Below, piece after piece: positions 53,400 to 64,000 of a DNA stretch of 64,000 nt. Origin of the DNA: Camelus ferus (lineage: Eukaryota). The stretch covers positions 75,828,001-75,892,000 of the forward strand of contig NC_045696.1 of the NCBI RefSeq assembly GCF_009834535.1. Direction: 5' to 3'. Each line of letters begins with the position of its first letter. The stretch's first letter is position 1. The position numbers were made by a program, and so were the translations under genes. The notes below the pieces were generated by a model. That model saw only the letters and a program-made list of their open reading frames with translations. It ran no database searches and was not told the DNA's origin.

Positions 53400-55800
53400 A
53401 TAATATACAAATAATCATTTTTCATAAGCCCGCCAGAGAGCTGAAGTCACAAGACAATCAAGTAAACTGAACTCCAAACAAGGACAAGCCTCATCCGAAA
53501 AGAGCCAGGACATACAAGCTTACTCCCCTTGGGCAGAGTATGAGTCATACAACAAACAAGTGGATAAAAAAAAATCAGCTGAAGTTTTACAAACTCTTAA
53601 TTCCAAATGTGACCCCACGTTTCAGTTTAGAATAGCGGGTAGAACCAGCCACAGAGGGAGTTCGCACTCACTCACACTCTCTCTCCACAGGCCTCCATCA
53701 GGTGCTTCCTGACAAAATGGAGGCAGGGCACGTGACAAGGTAGAGCCCCGCTCAGCGGAGCAGGCGGAAAGGGAGTGAGGAGCAGCAGCTAATGACCAGG
53801 CTAAGGCTGTCCCCATTTCCCTGAAGTCTTCTTTCCTATAAAACAAAAGCCTCAAGCTGCTAGGGAGGGGAAACAAACGCCCTTGCTCCCAGGGCATGGG
53901 GAAAGATGCACTGCTTCTGAGGTAGAAGTAACACCTGTCTGCCTCTGGGAGAGGGGTGAGGAAGCCGATCAGCCTGAGGGCCCAGCCTGAGATCCATTTT
54001 GCTGAGTAGAAATAGAAGCAAAACTCCTTCTCTGTGAACCTAGCATCCTACACTCTGCACAGAAAAAGAGATCTGCTATTACTGCAAGAAAAGCAGAAAA
54101 CCTGTGCCTCAGACCACCCAAAAGAGGAGCAGGGTTGGAGGAAAAACTCAATCCCAGAGGCCCAGGCACACAAATTCTGCCTAAAACTGACCAGGAAAAC
54201 AAAAATGCCTTACTCCCATGGCAAATCTAGCACTGCATTAAAAGCACAAACCATGTACCACTGGACAAGAGCCAGGATAGAAACCCCCTCTGTGGCACAG
54301 CTCTGCAGGGACTACCAAAACCTGAGAATAGAGTTTGAACATTGAGAAAGATCTTCCAACTTCCCAGGTACCACACCAAGCACAAGCTAACGGAAGCAAA
54401 AAACTGGAAGATCTGAATCCTGTGCTATACCAGGAATCAGCCCAGCTCAACTATCAAAATCCACTCCCCTCACCAAGAGCTTTACTGAAGAAGAGGCAGG
54501 TAAAGAGGGGCAGGGGAGGGGGGCGTTACTATTTACTGGCATAAATGCTGTTTACCTCAGATTCTATAGCTCTTTGTCACAATGTTAATCATTCAGTCAA
54601 GAACTATAAGACACACTGAAGCAAGAAAAAATCCATTTTCAACAGTTAAAGCAATTAATAAAACCAGAGAAATGACTCAGATATTTAGTCAGATGGGTCT
54701 TTAGAATAGCCACGATTAATGTTTTAAAGTATGTAGTAGAAAGGTAGATCACAAACAGGAACAGATAAAAATTACAGCAGAGAGAAAGAAACAATTTTCC
54801 AAAAAGTCAAGTACATGTGAGTAAAAAAGAAAACCATCAAAGATGAAGATTTTCTTCAAAGAACTTATCAGATCAGATGCTACTGGAAAATAACCAATGA
54901 ATGAGAATATAGGTAAATAAAAATGATTCAAAATGAAAGGAAAGTGAAATGAATGAGAGCAGGAAAAAAGAAAGAAAAGAAAGAAAGAAAGAAAGAAGGA
55001 AAGAAAGAGAGAGAGAAAGAGAGAGAGAGAAAAAAGAAAGAGAGAAAGAAAGAAACAGAAAGAAAGAAAGAAAAAATAAAAGAAAGAAAAGAAAGAGAGA
55101 GGGAAAGAAACAAATAGAGGGAGAAAGGAAGGAAGGACAGAAAAAAAAAGAGAAAGAGAACAGGGCATCTAAGAGCCACAGGACAACATCAGCCAGCCTA
55201 ACATGCATGTATCATGTGCATCTTCTCCCAAAAGGAGAAGAGAGACAGAATCGGGTAGAAGACAAATTTAAAGAGGTAATGGTTGAGAATTTTTCAAAAT
55301 TAAAGGAAGAAAACAAAACACAGATCTAAGAATCAGAGGACACACACACACGCACCATACTATAGTAAAACTGCTTAAAAAGAAAGAAAAAGAAAAATAG
55401 TATCTCGAAGGCAAACAGTGGAAAGAGAAACATCACATGCAAAGAAACAAAAATAAGAATACAGCAAACCAGATGACAATGGAGCGACATCTTAAAAGTA
55501 TTTAAAGATATAGAGATTGTCAGCCCAGAATTGAACACCTAATAAAAATACTTTTCAAAAGTAAAGATAAAACAAGTTTTTTTCCTTTCATGCCAACAAC
55601 TGCAGAGAGAATTCTTTGCCAGAAGACCTGTGGCAGAAACAGCATTAAAGGGAGTTCTTCAGGCAGAAGGTTTGGTACTATAAAAAACTGGATTTATACA
55701 AAGTAAAGAGGAGTACTAAAAATGGTAAAAATGAGTATAGATATAAAATATTTTTCTTATTTTATTAACTTTAGAAGACAGTTGAAGATAATATTTTGTA
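53400..55800 (+). mobile_element. Old L1 5' region and ORF1 remnant
   Basis: ORF1-like motifs: gaaatgactcagatatt, gaggtaatggttgagaatttttcaaaatt, aagggagttcttcaggcagaagg. The upstream part resembles a GC-richer L1M 5' UTR. Confidence 0.7.
54962..55160 (+). repeat. Polypurine (GAAA)n/(GA)n low-complexity tract
   Basis: About 200 bp made almost entirely of G and A. Confidence 0.95.
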
Positions 55801-55804
55801 GTGA

Positions 55805-57365
55805 ACCCAAGAAAAAACTAGTCTCTTCAATAAATGCTCAACAGCAAACTGGATATTCACAGGTAGAATAATGAAATTGGACCCCTATCTTAAACCATTT
55901 ACAAACATTAATTCAAAATACATTAAAGACTTAAACATAAGACCTGAAAACATAAAACTTCTAGAAGGAAACACAGGGAAAATGTTTCTCAGCATCTTGG
56001 CAACAGTCTTTTTGATATGACACCAAAATCACGAGCCACAAAAGCAAAGATAAAGCGGGACTACATCAAACTAAAAATCTTTGCACAGCAAAAGAAACAA
56101 TCAGCAAAATAGAAAGGCAACCTAAGGAATGGGAGAAAATATTTACAAACCATACATCTGATAAAAGGTTAATATCCAAAGTATATAAGATATTCATACA
56201 ACTAAATAGCAAAACAAAAGCAAAAAATACACAAACCAACAACAATCCAATTACAAAACAGGCAGAGGAATTAAATAGACATTTTTCCAAAGAAGATATA
56301 CAAATGGTCAACAGGTACATGAAAAGATGCTGAACATCACTAATCATCAGGGAAATACAAAAATAAGAATACAGCAAACCAGAGGACAATGGAGTGACAT
56401 CTTAACAGTATTTAAAGATATAAAGATTGTCAACCCAGAATTGAATACCAAATTAAAACTACAATGAGAGATCACCTCATACCTCATCAAAAAGAAGAGA
56501 TAACAAGTGTTGCTGAGGATGTAGAGAAAAGGAAACCCTTGTACACTTTTGGTGGGAATGTAAATTGGTGTCACCGCTATGGAAAACAGTATGAAGTTTC
56601 CTTTAAAGATTAAAAATAGAACTACCTTATGACCCAGCAATATCACTTCTGGGTAAATATCCATTGGAAATGAAATCAGGATCTCAAATTGCTCTCTGTA
56701 CTCCCATGTTCATTGAAACATTATTCACAATTGCCAAGATACCAAAACAACTTAAGGATTCATCAATGGATGAATGAAGAAATTGTTTTATATATATATT
56801 ATACATATATATATATATATGTATGTGTGTGTTATATATATATAATGTATATGTATATATATACATAAAATAGATTATTATTCAGCCACGAGAAAGAAGG
56901 AAATCCTGCCATTTGTGGCATGATAGACCTTGAAGGCATTATGCTAAGTGAATTAAATCAGACAGAGAAAGAAAAATACTGTATGCTATTACTTGCATGT
57001 GGAATCGAAAAAAGCTGAACTCCTAGAAACAGAGTGGAATAGTGGGGGGTGGGGGGACAGGAAGATGTCAGTCAAAGGGTACAAACTTCCAGCCATAAGA
57101 CAAATAAGTTCTGAGGATCTTCTACAGCCTAGTGATTATAGTTAATATTATTGTATGACATACTTGAAAGTTGCTAAGGATAGATCTTAAGTATTCTCAC
57201 CATAAAAAAAAGAACCAGTAACTATATGAGGTAATGGAGATGTTAACTTACCCTATTCTGTTGATCATTTCTCAATATAAAAGTGTATCAAGTCATTGCC
57301 ATGTACACTTTAAACTTGCACCATGTTTTATGTTAACTATATCTCAATAAAGCTGGAAAAAAATA
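55805..57365 (+). mobile_element. L1 (L1MA-like) ORF2 end and 3' UTR, with an internal (TA)n at about 56790-56866
   Basis: gggactacatcaaactaaaa, gaatgggagaaaatattt, tagaactaccttatgacccagcaat, tatctcaataaagctggaaaaaaa. Confidence 0.92.
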
Positions 57366-59064
57366 CAATAAAAAGCAATACGTTTTAAGAAACAGGACAT
57401 GATACATGCGGTGTTGAAAAGAGTGTGTAATGTACTCTTTCAAGAATCTTGGCTGTAAAATAGAGGAGAAAATTGGGTGGACTGGAAAGAGAAAATGAAT
57501 CAATCGCTTTTTTTGGCTTCAGTTGAGGAGAAATTTGAACATGTTGAAGAGAGTTGGTGAAAATATTAATAAGGAGAAACAATTAAAGACAGGAGAAAAA
57601 ATGTGCTGGGGATAGTTTTAGTGGGAAGAAATGTGATTCAGATCTACAGTGGAGGAGTTAGTTTGATACTGATGGACAGACATCTCTTCCGTGGAAACAG
57701 AGCAAAAGCAATAAACGTAGGTGGTTATGCACACAGATGACCGTAACTGTGTATTGTACATTTTTATAGGGCTGAATATTTAGAAAGTATCCTGCTTCCC
57801 CATCAAAGTTTTGGTTTTAAATGTTCCATAGCTTTTATAAAGTAAGTCCTGAAGAGCTGAAAGCAAAACGGAAGAGTTGCTGACTAACAATTGCTTACTA
57901 ATCCAATAAGAAAAATAACAGCAGGCATTCCATTCTCAAACAGCAGAGATCTAAGGGAGATGAGTACACTTTACATCGTCTGACACCCATCAGAACCAGA
58001 TATATAATATTTATTTGACAAATACATTTTTTTAATTTAAAAAATTCTTGAAAATAAACTGTCTTATGTTCTTTGAGGGTCAATGTCAATGTGAAAAAAA
58101 ATCTACATTTTGTCTCAAGTTTTAAAGTCTGTCTGCCCAATCAAATAAAGTGCTTATGGCTAAGGTGTGCTAATAAAAATATTCAAAAACTCTACTATGT
58201 AATATGTATTTTTAATCCTTTTCTCCAGATAACCTGATTTCTTACTCAGATTTTTTAAAATGAAGAATGACATATCATTGTTATGACACAGTGAGGTAAG
58301 ACTTCAAAGTGTGAGTGGGTGTTAGACAGAAGAGTACTGCTAACAAAAATGTAGGTTGGAGTCCCACATACCATTTTAAAAAACAGTCATGTCTATTGCT
58401 CTCAATCACTTATTGCTAAAAATAAAATATCACAGGATATAAAGTGTCAGAGAGGCAGTCAAGAGACTTCCTTCAGATTTATCATTGCATAAAATTAATT
58501 GGTTCAATTGAAGTTGGAGGATTGTCTAGGGGTTTCTGATAAATGCTCTTTAAAAACCTTGTAGCAGTAGGTTTTGAAGTGAGAGGGAAATCTATTTATT
58601 AGTACAAGCTGTTCCATTGGAGGCATTTATAATTTGGTCAGACTAATTCTAGAAATAAATGTTCCCATCAGAAGTTGTATGCATTGCCAGTAAAATAAAT
58701 GTGAGATAGCACTCATGCACAGAGAGAATGTTGTTCTTAGAGGAAATATAATTTTTTTTTTTTAATGTGAGATCAGAAACTCTAAGTCTATTTGTCCTGT
58801 TATGGTAAAGAGAACATATAAGGCTCTCATCCTGGTCACAGAGTCTCCATTAAGGAGAACAGTCCTTAGTCTCATATGCTTCTCCTTCTAGAGAATAGAG
58901 TTTGATACAGACGTGCTGTTTGTTTTCAACTGTTACACCAATGACAGCCTATGAAATTTCTAAGACAAATCGCAGGGCAAGAAAGAGTTGAGAGAGTCAT
59001 GATTCCACCCTCTCACCAATACTTTAGAGTACATTGCACTACGGTATCTAAAACTGAAACCTTT

Positions 59065-59519
59065 GAATATTATTCAGCCATAGAAAAGAATGAAATATTG
59101 CCCTTTGCAGCAACATGGATGCACCTGGAGAATATAATACTAAGTGAAGTTAAGTCAGACAAAGACAAACATATGGTATCACTTTTTTGTGGAATCTAAA
59201 AAACAATACAAATAAACTAATTTTCAAAACAGAAACAGACTCACAGACAGAAAACAAACTTATGGTTACCAAAGGGGAAAGGGAGGATGGGAAGGGCTAA
59301 ATTAGGAGTATGGGATTAACAGACATATGCTACTATATATAAAAATAGATAAGCAACAAGGACTTACTGTATAACACGGGGACAATATTTAATATCTAAT
59401 AATAACCTATAATGGAAAATAATCTGAAATATATATATAACTGAATCACTTTACTGTACACCTAAAACTAACACAATATTGCAAATCAACTATACTTCAA
59501 TTAAAAAATAAAAATAAAC
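59065..59519 (+). mobile_element. Young 5'-truncated L1 3' end
   Basis: gaatattattcagccatagaaaagaatgaaat...tcaactatacttcaattaaaaa. TSD aaaactgaaaccttt (59050-59064) and aaaattgaaaccttt (59520-59534). Confidence 0.93.
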
Positions 59520-60977
59520 AAAATTGAAACCTTTAGGGTTTACTATCACTACCACAGCACGAGTTGCTTCTGTTCAGTGGTGATGTGATGGAAAGGGTTC
59601 CAGTGTAGGGCTTACTTGGCCCAAGTTTGCACCTTAGCACTAAAACTTTTGAGTCAAGTTGGCCAAGTTATCTTCTTGGGGCTTTAGATATACTTGTACA
59701 AATGGAAATAATGAAAACTGCCTTCACCGAAGAGTTTTTGAGTAAATTATCCAAGAAAATGTATGTTAGAGCAATCTTTAAATTACGAGAAACTATATAA
59801 TTTTAAGAAATTTTTATTCTTGGTAAGAGGAAGCAAAGGTCAGAGCTGCTCCAGATAGCAGAGCCAACAGTGAAAATTTGAAAGCCCTTCTTGGTTCTGT
59901 TTTGGGAAACCTATTTATCAGTCAGAACAGTTATTTATTTAACAGCTTTAGTTCTGTGTGCTTCTTAAAACTGCTTGACCAAATAATATGAATCCTTTTA
60001 AAGAGAAGCTTTCCTATTTTAATGACTTGCTAGAACGTAATGAACCACAATGGCTAAATATGACTGATCACTAGCATGTTCAGTTGTGGGTGAATGTCTA
60101 AAAGGGTTTATTCAGGAGGACAAAGAGAACTGCGTGTCTTGCTTATTAGAACTTCACACCACGACGGCAACGGAGCAGGAAGCACAACCAACCAGGCTCA
60201 CTAACTTAGACTGAGAGCCAGTGTACAGTGTATTTTTTTTTCCTAGTAGAAATTGGGCATCTGTAGCCAAATACTGATAACTTTTAAGCATTTTAAGATT
60301 TCCCCCAACACTTTTCCTTTTTCTACTTTTCTGAAGTTACATTTTTTTAATATATGATTGTTTTTCAAAATGCTTGTCAATGGATGTCACAGGATATAAC
60401 AGGAAAAAATAAAATCCCACAATGTTTCAGTACCTCTGTCTACAAAAACACAGAGACATATTCTCTCATTCCACTCACCTCACATTCACCCGTCATGGAA
60501 AAGGTTATGTGTTGGTTTATGAATATGTTTCCACTCAAAGATTTTGCTGCAGTGAAACAGTTAACTGAGTTCAGAGATGTGTTTCAAACTCTGTCTGAGG
60601 GAAAATAGTGCTAGTACATCAAAGAAACATTTGGCATTACCGAAGAGCACTGGAAAAGACCCAATGTCATAGAGTTTGGAGGATGCCCAGATAGCACAGG
60701 TGAGGGCTCAGAAAAAAAATGAGTTCAATTCTGAGCATTCTGCATTAAAAGAATTGGTTCCATTTCAAAAGATTTCATTGTGTGGTGACCATGTGTCCAC
60801 ACTACTCTAGGCACTGGGACCTCACTGGTGAATAGGCACAAGTTCCTCCGTCAAGAACTGAGAGTCCCTGAGCAGGGACTTTTAATGCCCTGTGGTGTGA
60901 TGGAGAGACAGACGATGGGTTGCCTCCTCAGTCTAACCTAAGCTGACACAACTGAGTTGCCTATTAAATGATGAGTA

Positions 60978-61466
60978 AAGATGGTCCCCGATTTACTATG
61001 GTTCAACTTCAGATTTTTCAACTTCACAATGGTATGAAAGCTATATGCATTCTGTAGAAACTGCAATTCCAATTTTGAATTTTGCTCTTTTCCCTGGCAA
61101 GGAATATACAATAGATACTCTCGTGATGCTGAGCAGGGCAGTGAGTGACAGCTCTCAGTCAGGAGGGGAAACAGCCGATACATTTACATCCATTCTGTAC
61201 CCAGACAACCATCTGTTTTTCACTTTCAGTTCAGTATTCAATTAACTGCATGAGATACTCAACACTTTATTGTAAAATAGATTTTGTGTTAGATGATTTC
61301 ACTCAACTGTGGGCTAATGTAATATTTTGAGCACATTTAAGGTAGGCTAGGCTAAGCTATGACGTTCGGTAGGTTAGCCGTATTAAATGCATTTTCAATT
61401 TAGGATGTTTTCAACTTATGATGGGTTTTTCAGAACATAACCCCATCATACGTTGAGGAAGATCTG
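60978..61466 (+). mobile_element. Tc1/mariner-Tigger MITE (MER82-like) inserted in an L2 remnant
   Basis: The terminal inverted repeats are agatggtccccgatttactatggtt and aaccccatcatacgttgaggaagatctg. Confidence 0.85.
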
Positions 61467-61929
61467 TTGATATTAGCCACATCTGGGGAGCACTGATAAA
61501 GGAAAAGCACTTAGACTGAGAGTGCGGCATAAACCAAGGCAATTGAGCGTTGCAGGAACTCAAATCATGGGGTGGAAGAGCAAGAGGTGAGGCTTGGAGA
61601 AATAAGCAAAAGTTTTATGAAAGGATTTTTCTCTTTTTAAGGAGCAAGGAGCTTGGACTTCATTCTGCAGATATCGTTTCACAACCTATCTTATCATCAA
61701 CTTGACCTGGGAACGTTCCCTTTCTTAATACAATTCCTGCCCCACACCTTATCCTTTGAAGAGTTATCAATTCAGTAGGCCCAGGATGGGATCTGGAGTA
61801 TACCACTTACCCAGAAAAAAATACTCTGTTAAAAGAAGTTAGAAAAGCACAGTATAGAAATAAGTCTATCAGAAATCATGAAAAATTAATTTTATTTTAC
61901 TATATTGATGGAGTATTTGATATTTATTT

Positions 61930-63335
61930 AATATTTTTTCATGATAAATCAACAAACTCCTAACAATAAGTAATAGATGTGAACTTTCTTAACCTATTAA
62001 CGGGTCTTGATCAACTATACAATAAAAACATGCCTTATTTTGAAACTTTAGAAACTTTCCCACTAACGTCAAGGACAAAACTGCAGGGCTGATTGTCACT
62101 ACTATGCTACATCTCACTAGAATATTTGACAGAAGGAGATGGAGGAGCAGGAGAAAGACAACACAAATAAGAAATCAAAGGAGGGAAACAGAAAATATGA
62201 ATATCCATGAAAATAAGATTATCAACTTAGAAAATCAGTAGGAACCTAGAAGGAATTATTAGAACCAGTTAAAACATTTTCCAGCATTGTTGAGTACAAG
62301 ATGAACATAAAAATTAAATAACATTCCTATATACCAGCAATAATCATTTAGAAAATGAAACTTTAAAAGTTATTTGACTTATATAAGCAAAAAAAAAAAA
62401 AAAAAAACCCTGTAAGATATCGAGAAATAAGTCTACCAAAAGGTGTAAGACCTTTGGGGAGAGTATTCTTAAACTTTTGAAGGTCATAAAATAGACCTGA
62501 GTAAATGGAAAATGTATAAAATTCATGGATGGATGGAGAAGCTCATTATCATAATGATACTAATTTCCACACATTATCTATTAATTCAGTTCTATTTACT
62601 GAATTAAAATTAAGATTTAATTCTTTTTTCCAACTGTTTATTTATAATACTATGCTTTAAGTTACATGGAAAAGACAACCATGTAGTTTTGCCCAACTTC
62701 AGGAAAAGCTTCTAATCAATACCAACTGTAAGGTGACAAATAGAAATGGTGACCTGTTTGGGTTAAGACTAACAAAAATTCCTATAGGACATTTTAATAG
62801 TATGTGACAAAATGGTCTAAAATTCAAAGAGAAACATAAAGGTTCTGGAAGAATCAAAAAAGTTTTGAAAAACAATATGAGGAGGGGCTTGCCCTACAAT
62901 ATTAAAACATTATAAAACTATGATGACTGAAACAGAGTTTTATTGGCATGAGGATAGACAAATAGACAGATAAAATTGAGAAAAGTTTCTAGAAACAGGC
63001 CTACACACATAGGAACTTGTTGTAATACAGAAAAATTTAGTTGGAGAAAAGTTGGATAATTGCAGAAAAAAAAATCAAACATCCATATGCCAAAAAGAAA
63101 CAACAAAAACGACCTGGACCCGTATTTCACACCCTATATAAAAGTTAAGGAAAAATGAATCACAGACATAAATGTAAAAGAAAAATAACAATAAAGTTTC
63201 TATAACAGTAGAAAATCTTTGAAGCATTGAAAGAAAGAGGGAAGGAGGGAGGGAGGAAGAAAAAGAGTTTATCAAAATTAAAAACTATTGATCTACTAAG
63301 ATTCTATTGAGAGAATGAGAAAATAAGCCACAGAC
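61930..63335 (+). mobile_element. Decayed old L1 ORF2 fragment
   Basis: tagaaactttcccactaacgtcaaggacaa, ttcctatataccagcaataatc, ttggcatgaggatagacaaataga. Confidence 0.8.
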
Positions 63336-63339
63336 GGTG

Positions 63340-63640
63340 GGGAGAAAAAAAGACCATTTCTGCCCAGTCAGGGAATCTTCTAATGAGACTTTTCTGGCAC
63401 TCCATACTGAGTTGGCCAAGACTTTGTCAGATGCATCACAGTCTGAGATTCTCCCTGCACAATTATGTTGCCTTCCTTCTTTAACTTTCACAAGTTTCAG
63501 ATCCATATCATGATCTGAATACTTCCCCTGCCCAATTCTACTTCCTTCCCTTTATCTTCAGAGGCTTATGCACCAAAAATCCCCTTGCTCTCTTCACTCT
63601 GTCTCATCATCTACTTTCTAGAGGATATAAACTAACACTG
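63340..63640 (+). mobile_element. ERVL-type LTR fragment
   Basis: gagttggccaagactttgtcagatgcatcacagtctgag...ctgtctcatcatctactttctagagga...aactaacac. Confidence 0.6.
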
Positions 63641-64000
63641 TAGTAAATGCTAGAAGATAATGGATCAACACAATGAGGTTTGGGTGAAAAAGTTTGGGAC
63701 ACAAGAATTTTATACACAACAAATTTGTCAAGTATAAAGTAGAAGCACATTTTATAATAGACAAGATCTAGAAAAATGTACTCCAATATACATTTTGTAC
63801 TAGACTTCTATTGTTCAGTCTGCTCAACTTTTTCCTATGCATATTTGCAATAACTAGAGTAATTTAATCCATTTTCTGGAAATAACACAACTACCTCCCC
63901 CTGTCAAACCACATGGCTGATGGAATAAGTCAATGAATTAATGAAAGCCTGACATATTTAATATTATTTTTGTGCATGTTATTGAGAATAGTCAAGGATA

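Noticed and set aside
54749..55329. Several long F/L/S-rich or K/R/E-rich ORFs
   Set aside because: They are translation artefacts of the (GAAA)n tract.
58229..58295. Plus-strand exon-like unit (cttttctccag ... GAG|gtaaga)
   Set aside because: All frames are closed and it is isolated. It is at most an lncRNA exon and is unsupported.
1..64000. CRISPR arrays, operons, prokaryotic defence systems or intact L1/ERV coding regions
   Set aside because: The DNA is mammalian. There are no regularly spaced repeats, and all retroelement ORFs are fragmented.

Overview
This is AT-rich, repeat-dense mammalian genomic DNA, probably camelid: it carries a tRNA-derived SINE starting GGGAGGGTATAGCTCAG and young artiodactyl-type L1 3' ends. 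There are no prokaryotic features and no long intact ORF. The window is best read as the 5' introns and upstream flank of a minus-strand gene that continues off the left edge. Two phase-compatible exons (26768-26832 and 1035-1158) splice into a peptide that I recognise, from memory only, as the N-terminal extension of the long TNIP3/ABIN-3 isoform. The upstream exon carries an in-frame TAA. The window also holds a full-length RPS24 processed pseudogene inside an L2, a full-length U6 snRNA retrocopy next to an L1 3' end, and a long fragmented CR1/L3. Other repeats are many L1, L2, MIR, MLT and MER elements, a 93-bp locally templated insertion inside an L1, and a shuffled, inverted L1 cluster. 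Repeat subfamily names are by eye and need RepeatMasker/Dfam confirmation. I see no convincing novel biological system; the best leads are the disabled exon and extra candidate exons.
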